Positions 1 to 13,249 of a stretch of 64,000 nt of DNA are shown in pieces. Source of the stretch: Kudoa neothunni (taxonomy: Eukaryota; Animalia; Cnidaria). The notes beneath the pieces were generated by a model that was given only the letters and a program-made list of their open reading frames with translations, ran no database searches and had not been told where the DNA came from. Every line of letters starts with the position of its first letter. The stretch's first letter is position 1. Location of the stretch: the NCBI GenBank assembly GCA_964304625.1, contig OZ199839.1:3710724-3774723 (forward strand), written 5' to 3'. Both the position numbers and the translations under genes were made by a program.

Positions 1-1139
1 AACACCAACTCCATATAAATTTACTAAATACTCGTAAATGGGGTTGAAAATAACCATCAAACATAAATATTATCTCAAAAATCGATTTATATTAGGTATA
101 AAAATTATTGTACATATGATAATTTGTAAATTTCACTTATACAATACCTCTCAAATATACATATGAATTTCTTTCCAAGATTTATTATAATAATTTTAAA
201 ATGCATGTCTAACAAGATTACCTATTTATTATGAAAGCATCCGAGTGTTTCAAAAGCAGGCCTGGAGAAAATTCTGGGAGATCTTTTCGAACTAATATTT
301 CTATCTAAAAAATGTCGTATTCACTGATTCTCGAAACAATAAACCTTCTATGGATCGCCCTATGGCGCTCACGATTTGGATTACCTTAGGCTCTTGAGCC
401 CCGGGATCATAGAATATCAATCATATGATTATGAATTTTAGAAACAATATTCCCATTACTTAAGTCAGCAGCCGAACTTTCATCTAATGCATTTTTATTG
501 TCTAAGAAATCGTTAATTTTATCAGATGTTATACTTTCGTAGACCGGTGACATTTTGATCATTCCAAACGAATAAGCTCTAAATCGAACTAACACAACCG
601 GAATTCATATTTTTAATTTAACAATACAATAGGTTTTTCACGGCGTATTTAAATTGATTAAAATCAAATAATATAATTTTAAAAAATTGAACTAAAACAA
701 AAGTAAGATACATTTTATGAATATGAGTATACGTGAAATTTGGGCCTAAAAATTCGAGTCAACAAATTTTAGCTGCATTTAATGCATAGGTAAACTCATG
801 GAGCCCAGGGCGGTCATAAAAGGTTCAGTTTACGATGGTTTAATTCGATAATCACGATCGTAACTTTTCTAACAAGGATCCATATTATCTGTTATTGATG
901 AGGTGTTGACATTAGTCCATTATAAATAAATTTAAATTATGAGATTGCTTAACTAATCGATTATTTGTTGTATTATTATAATAATATTTTTTCTGTAATA
1001 GTAATAAATGAATTTATTATCATGACTCTATAAATTGTTATCTTTTGCCTAATAAAACGGTGGCATCGAGAAAAACATTAATGATTAATCCTTATATTTT
1101 TGTTTCTTGCATCGATGGCAGAAACGTTCGAAATATATA

Positions 1140-2767
1140 CAGTAAACTCTCGACACTGCGTAACTCAGTATTGAGTAATTCGTTACAGTTTAGCGTATTT
1201 TTTGACAAATTTATCTTGATAAGGAAATAATAATATATGAGGGTTTCATTTTATATACGGTGTAAAAAAATTGGAAAAGAGGAAAAATAGAGGTTCTTGC
1301 TATTGCGTAGCTTAAATTGTTGACTTATATCGGTTTAATCTTCAATATGCTTCACAATACAACCGAAAATGACTCGTTATTCGAGAAATATGAAATATAA
1401 AATCAAAGTAAACAAACAATATACCGGGTTTTGCGCGCGTTAGTAAACAGTGAAAATGAAAATAATTGGACACGCAAAACACACGAATGAAACAGAAAAG
1501 AGTGATCAAACTGGTTATCAAACAGCGAAAATCATAAAAAGATGTTGCAGAAGATTTAGATGTTCCAAAATCAACCGTAAACGATATCGTTCAAAGATTT
1601 CTAGCAAGAGATTCTTGTAAAAATTTCCCGCAAGCTGGAACCCGAAGAGCTATTTTTAACGAAGAAATCAAGAGGAAATTGTTGGACTTGATTAACGATG
1701 ATTGAAAAATTATCATTAAATCTTAATACCGCGACTGCCTCAAGATGGTTGACATCCATGAAAATAACATTTAAAATGATAAGAACCGTACCACTGAGTA
1801 GAAATTCACATGATGCAAAGTTGGAGAGAAAAAAGTATGCTGAATGTTAATCAATGTTCTACTACCACAAGATACGAAAATCTTATTTTTGTGGATGAAA
1901 GTCCCTTTCCTCTCTTCATGTTAAGAAACCACCCCTAATGCAGTAGTTCCAAAAAGCCGAGGAAATAATGTCACAATGATATTGGCCATTAGCGGGAAAG
2001 GTCTTATCCATTGCGAGACTGTTTTCGGCTCAATGAACATTGAAATTTTTCAGTAATCTTTATAGAAGGTGGAGGAAACAATGGATGGGAAAAATTTTAT
2101 TGTTGCGATGTATAATGTGAGATTGCATCATTCCAATGTTGAGTTTTACGACACATTTGCTGGAGAAATACAGCATCTTCCAAGATATTCACCATATCTC
2201 AACCTTGGCGAAGAGGTATCTCCTTAATTAAATCAAGAGTAAAACAAAATGGTCAAATTAGGGAAGGAAATGATTTAATTGAAAGAAAGGACAGTTCTGT
2301 CTCCTCAGTCACTGGAAATGAAATTATAAAATTTTTTGAGCACTCACAAACATTTTTAGGGAAATATCACTTGACGGATGATGTGGCGCGAGATTAGAAT
2401 AAGCAACAAGTTATCTATGTGGCAGTAATCATAAAGTTTTACATTTTAAATATTAGTTTTTATGCAGCACAAAATATCCGAATTTGATCGTCGCGCAAAC
2501 CCCGGTTATGTAACGAATAGTCTCGGGTAGGGTTCGACCATAGCTTAAGGGGGATAGTGCCATACCGCTGATTACACATATGCTAACTTTAGTTACAATT
2601 CTTATAATTAATCATCATAATAAATGGTGGAAACAAGAGGATACCCCACAACATTAACGAATATTTTTTAACAAATAATTATTTATATTGTTTGGGCAAG
2701 TGCGTATTTCGGTATTGCGTAATTTTTTCTTGATCCCAAAAAGTTACGCAATATCGAGATTTTACTG
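1140..2767. mobile_element. Tc1/mariner-superfamily (pogo-type ends) element hosting a nested Tc1/IS630-like element
   Basis: Left TIR CAGTAAACTCTCGACACTGCGTAACT (1140); reverse complement of the right end is CAGTAAAATCTCGATATTGCGTAACT (ends 2767). TA on both flanks. A related end recurs at 20024. Confidence 0.75.
1424..2505 (+). mobile_element. Tc1/IS630-like DDE transposon with pseudogenised transposase (~1456-2397)
   Basis: Short TIRs CCGGGTTTTGCGCG / CGCGCAAACCCCGG. Frameshifted translation gives an HTH (KDVAEDLDVPKSTVNDIVQRF), LIFVDES, AMYNVRLHH (second Asp changed to Tyr) and HLPRYSPYLNLGEE, typical DDE_3 motifs, with stops and frameshifts. Confidence 0.85.
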
Positions 2768-3664
2768 TACTTTCTCATTAGTGCCAACTAAAATATAATC
2801 TTTGTTGACTAGCGAATCAGCAATATTATAGGAAATTAACATTTACATTTATACTAGATAACGATTTTTAACGTTTATTATACCCGCCTATTTTTAGATA
2901 ATAACTAATTCTAAATTAAGATGAAATCCGATAATAAAAATTTTCAAGAAATTTTTCACATTGTGTTGAGAAATTACAAAAAAAAGTTCCGGAGCATAAT
3001 AAAATGTTGAATATTAAAAAAGGCGGGAATATTAAAAATCGGGACTCTTGTTAACTAAGTTCAAAAAATCATCAACGAAAAAAAACAAAATTATAAATTT
3101 CACTCTGAAGTTCTTAAGTAGCGAAAAACATATGCTCGAGAAGGCATGACAATCCATCACAATTCGCTAACAACTAGATATTTATTCATTTATCCAAAAT
3201 CAAAATGATGATTTTTAAATGCACCATGAAAAAATTAGAAATTATGTCTATAGCGTGCAAAGTTCACCCCCAATTTAAATTAATACAGAATCACGATCAA
3301 TTCCGGTGCTTTACGTTTGTTTTTTATAACAAAAGAATTGAAAATTTTCAATTAAACTATTACAGTGATCAAAAATTATGAATTTGAAATATTATAAAAT
3401 CAAACATTTTTCACAACAAATTTAAATAAAAAATGATATCTGTAATGATTACATAGCACCAGCAAAAAAGCGAAAACAGCATTATAAATATGCACGTTAG
3501 GTTTAAAATCAGGTATTAAATCATATGCAATAATCTTGATTCATATTTCATTGATGGTAAGTAATAACTACTTAGGCGAAAAGTCAACCAACAAATTTAA
3601 TATAACATAACATGCCGATCGAAATTAATCGCGTCTAATCCGATCTCGTAAATATCTCGAACGA

Positions 3665-6600
3665 ATGTGCTATTGTGTTATCTATTTTGCTGATTGGTGA
3701 TGAGGTGGAGCAATCTGTTTGTGTGTGATCAAATATTCAGGCCATCAAAAAATGATTTTGATCTGTTGTGTGATAGCAGCCAAATGAAAGCTGTAATCAA
3801 GGAGAGGTTGGATGCTTTGGACGACGACAAACTGTTCAATGAATACCTCTCAAATCAAGCTACATTTGAGCAGGTCATCCAGTTGTGTATATATGCAATC
3901 TCGTTTGAAGGCAGAGACACGTCGTTGGTGATCAAGTCTGCCAATCTACTAAAGGAAATATTGGTTAACATATGGAATCGGCAGGAAACCGACAGATCTC
4001 CATCTCCCAGCGCCGCTTCTGTACAACTCACTAGACTGTCGCTAGGGGAATATTTAATGAAGATGTTTGAGGGAAGTTGTCGACTTCATCCATGTATACC
4101 TGTGTTTGTGTTGTACGATAGTAGCTATTACACCAAGTTGATTTTGAAGTATTTGGTGTATGCATTTGTACCTGTGACTCACGATTATTTGTTATTCGAG
4201 CAACAAAGCAAAATGTGTGTGGATTTATTGATGCTGATTTTTGAGATTGTATCCATAAGCGAATCGTCGATCATTTCGCGTTACGATCCCAATGTTAATG
4301 TTGAGCAGATAATGCCAAGAAAAGATTCATTGTTGGTGTACGATCGTAATGTGGTCGTTGATGATGAATTGTTGCATTTTATCACTGATTTTTTTGTTGT
4401 GTCTATCGCCAATTGGTCCTGTCAACGGATACAATACTACACAATCAACACCTATTCCACTCAGATGGATCATGTGGTATCGTACCTATTTGGTTCGATA
4501 TTTCATGTGTGGTTCAATATGTCAATAAGGGCTTTCCCAGTATCGACGCAATGGAAAAATTTGCGAAATCTTCTCTTCATGAATCTTTATAGACCTTCTG
4601 CGGTACGTGAATGGTCCAAATTAATGATTTTTATTACCCGTCTATTTGTGATGAAATTGACAATTGATTGTGAACAAGATTTGATATCGCTCATTCATGT
4701 CGATAATGAGTGTGAAAGGGTTGCGTTTAATAAGGATGAGAGTAATGTTTTTCTAAAAACGTTGTGTTCTTCCAATTTTTACAACTCTTCTGGTGCTGCT
4801 AGTACTTTTCGTGAGTTGTTTCTATCTTCGCCCGTGTCACGCACCTTAGCCCATTCAACCACAGTGTTACAGTTGTGGTTTCGATTTCTATTTCTGCTTG
4901 ATGATCCATCCTACTTTATGAACCACTCACATTATTTTCAAGAATCATTTATCATCACAGATCGTGATGGAGTTCTCGATTTCAACAATTCTATGATTGA
5001 AACCTGTGCCCATATTAACAAAAACAACATGAACAATTATATGCCCCTTCTAGAAAAATATCTTCCCATAACATTCAACCATTTTATGTCCACTATTGAG
5101 GTGATTATGAATACACTATTTTTCAATCAAAATATACCCATCAGTGAAACGGACGCTTCTTTGGAAAGTCTTATTTCACCTGCTAGAATGTACACTAAAA
5201 GACCCCAATCCCAAATCAGTGATGATTCCATTAATAATCGAGACAAGAAACCACAAATGAATTCTTCGATACATGCTTCAACTGTTGGCAATCAGCTTAC
5301 CATTCAGCCAACCAATGACAATGCCTTTCCTTCAATTTGGGTATCCCCATGTGTGACGAATAGAGATAAAGAAGCGACCAACATTATTAATGATGCTAGT
5401 AGTTTTCGACCAACATTTGTTGTCGACGATACCGTTGGTAACGATAAAAAAGGTCGCTTGAGTTTTGACAATAGTCAAATAAAAAATTCGTCGGAGTTTC
5501 CTAATCATGAATTTGACCAACTACAGAATAATAATGATATGATAAACAAAACGAGAACCTGTCGTGGACGTTCAGCCGTATTCAATATGAAGGCATCCAA
5601 TCTAGCTAACACTTCAACCACGATAAATGATGAACAGAAAGTACATTTCAATGAATTTTTACAACAATTCAGCCTAACACACACATCAACTGAAATGAAT
5701 AAGATATCTTCGGCTACCAATGACAAACGTTCTTCTTTGGGGGATACTGACCGTTTCAGCGGGGATAATCCAAGAGCAGCTATTCGTAAAACTTGTAAAG
5801 CGCTCCCCACTTTTAGATCTTCGTCAGTGTATTCCAACTCGGGGAAGAAGACCCAGCTGCCACTCAACACCAATATCATCAGTGTTGGTGACTATGACTA
5901 CAGTATGTCGAGTGATCGTTATGAGCTTGGAGGTTTCAATATGGAACAGTTGGTCAAGGATGTCAACATACGATTGTGTTTGGCGGGCCAAGTGAAGGCC
6001 GATTCGATTGTTAAAATTATCAATCCGTGGTTAACCAATTTTTTGGTACCCTCCTTCAACAGTAACGACAGTCAAATAGCATATCAGCGCTTTCTGCTGG
6101 AAAAGGCATGTATTCTGCTCACCAGTCCAACTAATCCTATCTACACTAGCAGTGGTGGATTGATTTCAAGAAATTCTGCTTCAAACATTGAGAATTTCAA
6201 CTATAACATTTCTTTACTGTGTGGACCTAAAGATGGTTATGCGATGACTAAGAATTCGATCTTCCAACGAATCCTCTTAAAAACCTCTCTTATCAATGAA
6301 GACTGGATTTATCTGTCGAAACCTTTCCCAATGAAAAACAACTATGAACCTGGACGTGCTATCATAATAAAACTTATTTGTTATTTGCTGTGTGATTTTG
6401 CGACCAGTTGCAAAATGTCAACACAAAATCTAGTCAATATGTACACTCTAGTCAATATTGGAATGTGTTATCAGTTGGTAATTTATGAATAAGTTTTTCA
6501 AATTGAACATTAATCGAATAACTTACTTTTAGAATAATTCAAGCATTATTTTGTCCAAAGTAGTGCAATATTTGAATATTTTCTTTCAAAGTGATCTCCG

Positions 6601-9600
6601 AGGTTCCTATATGCTTACACCTATGACCTACAATGCAATCTGTGTTATCCTTACCTGCGACAAATTTAATCCACAATTTGTTTCATCTAATGCGACAAAG
6701 ACTCATACTACACTTGACGAATCAATCAGTACTAATGCTAGCACTTTGACTGGAAAGTATGACGAGTCACCTACTGCTGATAATGCAAATATCGATCTTA
6801 AACATAATGCACTGAAAGCATTGCTCTCACTGTTAAACTTTCCATTCCACGAGTATTCCTTATTGTTTAATATTGAGCGTTTAAAAACCAATTCCAATTT
6901 CACCCAACTCATATTACTCTCTCAAAAATTCACCAACAATTCCGATATAAAATATCTTTTTGTTAATAGTTCACTGGTGGAAATTATACTCCACACTTTA
7001 AGAGTGTTTGTAAGTGATGCCCAACTTTCAGATTCCAACCATTCGATCCTGTTTAGTTGTATATCGTTGTTGTTTTGGAATTGTGTGGCTGTTCAACAAA
7101 AGCTCGCTCAAACAAATCCACCCTCGACAACCATTGTAGTTACTGAATTCAACTACAAAGATGATACATTTTCGGATCATATTATTAGTGGTGGTGGAGT
7201 TGAGTTGGCAAACATTATGCCCAAAGATTGTATCGAGTCAAAAGATATTTTCAAAATGTCGGTGGAAGTTGTGACTGAAGTTCTAAACGAGATATCCACT
7301 CGAAAACAATTTGATTTCAATGTGGCCATTTCGGTGGTTAATTTTGTGTCGACTTTTTCTACCGTCAATGTCACATTTGTTGACAAAGAAGCTTGTTTGA
7401 GGTTGGTCATCAAATTGTGCAACTTTATACATGTCCAGGCCAACAAAGCACCCATCTATCATAACAAGCAACTTCATTCCACTATATTAGCAACCTTCCA
7501 ATGCATATCAAAATGGGTACTATTACAACCTTGGATTATGGATGAGAGTCATGTGAGAAATGGTGTGCTGGCTGTAGTCGAATTGGGTATCTTCGGACAG
7601 GTCGCCGAAAATTACGATGCAGAATCATTTAAAACCGACAAAATTAAACCCTCAATCAAAGTTCGTCAGTCCATCTCATTTAGGGTCGGTGAAATGGCTG
7701 AGACGGTGATTCAACTGTTGGCCAGCAGTCGTCATCATCACAACAACTCCATTTCTCAATATCATCATATCAACGAAGAAACTGTGCTTCAAATGATCCA
7801 GTCGTCCAGACTAAAAAATAAATCTCTCATGGATAAAGAACCACAATTCGTCTACTTTATCTACCAAAAAATCTATCATCATCTCTTTCATTGAATTTCC
7901 TTATTGTGCTGAAGAGGTAAATGATGGCGGTGAATCGTCTCAACTGATCAAACCTCTTGGATTGATTATATGTCGTTCGGCATGTGGTAAGAAAGTTTTT
8001 GAAGTGGAATTCGATCCTGTCGGCAACACTCATACTTCCTCTTACATGTCTAGTTTGAGGTCGTATGATGATGCGCTATTAGAAGCCGAATCGGAAAACA
8101 TTGGGGGTGTTAGCAATATTGGGGGAGGATTGGAAATTAGTATCTCACCCCCTCAAGCCAGAGATCTGTACTGTCATTTCCCGTCAAACAATAAAGAGTT
8201 TGAAAGCTTGATTCCCTACAACTTACCTACCTACGAGAATATGTCCAGCAACTATATTTCCAAAGAACTCTTCCAAACTCATATACAACGCGAATCTCAT
8301 GTATATAAAAACAAGACAAATGTCTCTTATCTGCAAAAATGTCGATTCAAACATCCTCCTGAAATCCACCACAAATACAACACATTAAAGATGTTTTTAG
8401 CACAAATGAATATTGTGGATCCGTATAGTCGCCGAAACTCCCCCGCCAGCTCTGGTTCCATCAAGCCTAGCAGCTTTCACGAACGATACGATCCTTCTGA
8501 TCAGACTGATACCCAACAGTCGCTAATTTCTTCGACTCCTTCCAATTATGACTACAAGCAACTTAAAATGATCACAACAAGTGACACTGTTCTTGGAAAA
8601 GAACTTTTACAATCTTTCAACCATTTGGATAATATCTCCAATAGAAGAACTGAAACTGTATTGGTTTTTTATGTGAAACAGAGAAAAGTCTCAAAACCCA
8701 CCAAAACTTTCAATGTTCACTCACCTACGTCAACTATGGCAAACAATATTTCTCTTAACAACAATTCCACATTATTTCCAGATCGTAACAACGCAAACAT
8801 TACGGACAGCGATAAGTCTTCTAACGGTGAAGACGATACCAAGGATAGGTTGGGTTGTGGAAAATTGTTCAATAATTTCCTTGATTCAATTGGAATCTGT
8901 GTCAATAGTAACACTCACAAAAAATGGGCAGGAAATAAGAACCCAACTGAAACAAGAGTCAATAAATATAACAACTATGATTTTATATATCGGGAAGATT
9001 GGACATGTGAAACTGCTGTTATTGTTGATTCATGGATTCCGTTGGTTCCCTGTAAAAAGAGTCCTTCCACTCACACCACCATAGATGATGCTGATCCCAA
9101 AGATAAAAGAAAAAATACCGCCACTGACCGATCTCAAAAATGTACACTCATTTTATTTCCACCTATTATTATTTCTCATGCTTTAATTATTCGTTTTTTT
9201 AGTTTCAAAAAGTATTGATGTTGGCAAAAACCTAAGAGCTAGTGGTAGCGCTGCTGCAAAAAGATCTATCAGCGATATATTTGCTGTTGTTTGGTTGGAC
9301 AATTTTGACCATTTTGAATTTCTACGTATTGATCAGATGGTGGCTGGTCTCATGAGCAAGTCCGGTCTCCATCCTAAAAATAACACATTAAGTTACGTTA
9401 TTTTTTTGAGACACATGAAAAATGGTCTCATATGTATTCATACTTTCTACAAAAGTGAATTTCTATGGAAACCATACAATAACAGTTCTATCCCGTCTGG
9501 TCTGATTGTTCATCCGGACAATCTAACCACAATACTGTTCAACGGAATCAATTCGATAGGCATTCTTAAAGAATTGACACAAGATCATAATATTGACCCT

Positions 9601-9702
9601 TTCTCCAAAAGAAAACACTTCATTCAACAATTTCTCAATGAGCTTCAGCAACGTTCCACCAACAACCTGTCTGAATGTGTTGACTGGCTTGATTTTCCAT
9701 AA
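3665..9702 (+). CDS. RALGAPB: Ral GTPase-activating protein subunit beta; introns 3697-3740, 6478-6532, 9142-9202; +1 frameshift at 7866-7871
   Basis: Spliced N-terminus MCYCVIYFADWPSK resembles MYSEW. Blocks HVWFNMSIRAFPVSTQWK...VREWSK, QLWFRFLFLLDDP, YEPGRAII..IC, FFQSDLRG and APIYHNKQLHSTILATFQCISKW...VVELGIFG match RALGAPB as recalled. All three introns splice in frame. Confidence 0.85.
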
Positions 9703-10248
9703 TTTTTTGTTTAATTCCTAACTCAAATCTGTATTTTTATATTTTTTAATCCGAATTTTTTGTTCGTTCATGCAATTTACTGAATGTTAACAAAATTGTG
9801 AGATATTCTATGAAAGCTGTCATATGATATCAAATGTCAAATATCTCATATATCATTCGAATTGATTTTTACTACCTAAAAATTGCGATATTTTTTAGCA
9901 CGGAATATTTTTTTTTAACAATAATAGATTTTATGTATACAATAAAGTCTTATTTATAATAATAATAATTTGTAATTATGTTTATAATAATAAATTAGAA
10001 TATTAAATAGTTATTTCTATAATGGTAATATGTAATTATTTAATATTTTTTTCTTTCGATAATATTAGAATGTTTGTGTTAGGGTTTTTTGGAGTTAGGT
10101 GGCGCGAAATTTTTTACTGAATACGTTTCAATGTCAATTTAATATGTGTACAGCGAATCGTTATTATGTAAATATAAGAAATTTGAACTTAAAACTGTAT
10201 AGATTCATAATCACACATTTACTGATAATCAACTTGAGATTATCATCA

Positions 10249-11100
10249 CACCGTATATACTCGGGCATAAGCTTAAGGGGGATTTTGGATAATTTGTGTA
10301 GGTCTCGTCGTGAGAATAAAATTCATAGTTTATAAACTATAAATAAGTTAGTAGATCCAGCTTTAGCTAATGAAAAAAATAGAATTTATAGAATAAAACA
10401 ACAAAATATTTGTTTCAATATCATATTACGGTAGTATTTCCCAAAGGATAAGTATCAAATGTGAATGCTTTTAGTCTTTTAAATTGGAAGAGACATTCTA
10501 CCCAAGTAGACGTATTTTTTGTTCAGCAGTTATGTTGTGGCCGTAGATCTAGTCAACCTTCGCATCGATTAAAGTTTCTATTTTTTCATCTTCTCAAAGT
10601 ATAACATACTCGCCCCCATCTATTGAATTTGATATGTCGTATTTTTTTAATGATCTTTGGATAATTTCAGAACTTACTTAATTCATTTAATACGATGTTC
10701 GTTTACTTTGCATTTGAATGGAAAATTCAACGGAACATCCAATTGTTGTAAGATTGCAGTCATACCTTTAGGTCTGACTGCAATATCTGTTTTCTAGTTA
10801 TTTTTGATACGCTACCTGGCATCATCAACAATGTGCGGTTGAAGCATGCCCCGAACTAACCGTTAACAGGCTTGATTTCCAATGCAAATGACCGCTAGGT
10901 CAATGATACAATGCCTTCTCCATTCATATAATAAGTATTTTTGCATCCATTTATTTTTTAGATGAATATGAATGTTAATATTAGGTGGAAATTTCTCCGT
11001 ATGGGTGTTTGGCGTTTAAAAATAAGCATTGAGGATAGTTTAATTCCATCAACCATACTCGTGAAAACAACGGTAAAATTTGTCTTTTCGTGACTGGTTG
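10249..11100 (-). mobile_element. pogo (DDE_1) transposase remnant
   Basis: Minus strand reads HEKTNFTVVFTSMVDGIKLSSMLIFKRQT...KWM and TDIAVRPKGMTAILQQLDVPLNFPFK, paralleling the pogo copy at 22200-22600. Degenerate pogo-type TIR CCGTATATACTCGGGCATAAGC near 10251. Confidence 0.75.
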
Positions 11101-11108
11101 TTCTAACA

Positions 11109-12513
11109 CAGCGTTTCCCTTTTATTTTTTTCCCCGCACTCCTAAACGATTATCAAGTTCACTCTCGCACCCCTATGTTAATATTTATAAAAATATTAAT
11201 GGTAGATTTGTGTTTCCTTTTTTTTTACTTTAAGTTTATATTTCAAATAATGCATTTTAATTTTTTAGTTTTTAAAGAAATATATTAAAATAATTTTCGT
11301 GAGTTTAGTCGATTAATCGCTACTACTTTACGAATAAAATTAAAAAAAGCACTCCTATGATAATCATACATTTTAAAAAAAAAGAGCCAAAACTTATAGC
11401 AATTTTATTTTATATAACATTATTAACACAAACTTTATTTATTTTATAAAACAATTAATAAAATATCGCGTATAAACAGATATCTAATTAATATATATAT
11501 TAAGTTTGATATCAAATTCAGTCACTTTAATAAGCATATAAGAGACCAAGATTCGAAAAAATGATAACACATTTAAAAATTATTGAGTTTAATTTTGATT
11601 TATCGGCTTTCCCTCTCTTGGCGTTCTTCCACTAATAATTCAAATCGCGGTACTACGTTTGTCAATGCGATGCGTAAATCATTTTTCGGATTCAGTAAAT
11701 TTCTATATTTATTTTTTAAATACAACAAAGGTGAAAATCCTGACTCGCACAACCAGGTCGTTGCGAATGGGATAAGAATTTTCAATGCTCTTTTTGCAAG
11801 GGACGGGTAACTGCATTGGACATTGCATCAAAAGTTCTCAAGTGAATTTTCATTGTACCTCAACTTCATTGTGTAGTTTTCTTGAAAATCTATTAATTAC
11901 TCTGTATCATTATCATCATTATTCATATTATTAACATTAAATGAAAATGGATCAACAATCCAAATATCAGAATCTTGTAAATGGTCGGGAGAATAATAAC
12001 CATCAAAGGATAATCTCAATTTATTTATGTGATACATGGTATTATTCATGATATGTTGCCTACAATGGTAACTCTTATGAAGCCATACCTAGTATAATCC
12101 TCATTCCATTTTCTAACCTTTTGGAAGCAACCATGATGATGCGTGGGGCGATGTTAATTCGCTCTTAAATACACAGCATTAAGTTAAAATCTGTTAACGT
12201 CTTCATATTCCAAGATACAAGTAGACAGTATTTTATTAATAATTAATAAGTTTTTGGTGAATAAGTAACAATTTTGGAATTATAAATTTATATTATTTTG
12301 AAAGATAGGATGATTTTAATGGAAAATGCACTATATAAAATCTGTTATTATTAGATTATTTCATCAACAAAATATCCCATTATATGATATTTAATTAAAT
12401 ACGGTAGCTTCAAACTGAATTTCTGAACTCAAATTTTTCTTTCATTCATATAGTCACGCTTAAATTCTTAATTCATCATAGGGTGCTCCCGCACCCCCTA
12501 TAGGGAAACCCTG
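11109..12513 (-). mobile_element. hAT (Buster/Charlie-type) deletion derivative with C-terminal transposase remnant
   Basis: Ends CAGCGTTTCCC / GGGAAACCCTG. ORF 11600-11785 (ILIPFATTWLCESGFSPLLYLKNKYRNLL...DLRIAL...PRF) is the Buster-type hAT dimerisation region. The 8-bp flanks do not match well. Confidence 0.8.
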
Positions 12514-12521
12514 CCTTAGAG

Positions 12522-13152
12522 CAAAGGTTCTCAACCGGGGGTAAAATTTAAATGGCACGGGGTAAATTAAGTACTATCAAAATTAGGTAGGGGTAATTTT
12601 TGCATTATGGGGTTATGACTTACTTCAGGATTTCTAAGGAATTATGTTATTCAGGGCTATTAGACTCAATAAGAATTAGGCAGAAATTCATAAAATGTTG
12701 TTAGGAACAATTATTTTAAATTATTTACAAAACTATTATTAGTCTCTTTCTTTTATGTCTCGTTTATCTTTTAGTGGTGTAACCTAATAATAATACTTAA
12801 AATCACTATTTTCATGGTAAATAATATCCAAATATTATTAGTTTTGCCTAGTTATAATTATTTTTAGCCCATAAGAGCAAAGTAATGGACAAGAAATAAT
12901 TTAATTTGGCAAATTTAATTTTTAAATTTGTGTAAAGCTTGTGAACAAGAGATGATGGGATTAAAAATTGTCATTATGCATGCTTACGTGCCATTTAAGA
13001 CCAGAATTTACCCCTCAAATAGTCTTTGCTGTGGCTAAGCCGGTATAAAAACTTAAAATAAATATGAATTTGACTTCCAAGTTAAGGGGGGTAAATTTTG
13101 ATTTTTCACCAGGCCGGTGAGTATATTTGAAAAAAACGGTTGAGAACCCCTG
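12522..13152. mobile_element. Non-autonomous hAT (Buster/Charlie-type) MITE
   Basis: TIRs CAAAGGTTCTCAACC / GGTTGAGAACCCCTG; 8-bp TSD CCTTAGAG / CTTTAGAG with the central TA typical of Buster elements. Confidence 0.85.
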
Positions 13153-13249
13153 CTTTAGAGGGTTAAATGAAGTGATTTCTTCTATATTAACCCGACCTTC
13201 AGTTTGATTTCTCTAGGGATTTACTTCCAATCGAAGGAATAATGCCTCC

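Noticed and set aside
5332-7477. Antisense and alternate-frame ORFs overlapping RALGAPB
   Set aside because: Shadow ORFs of a long coding region with no recognisable motifs.
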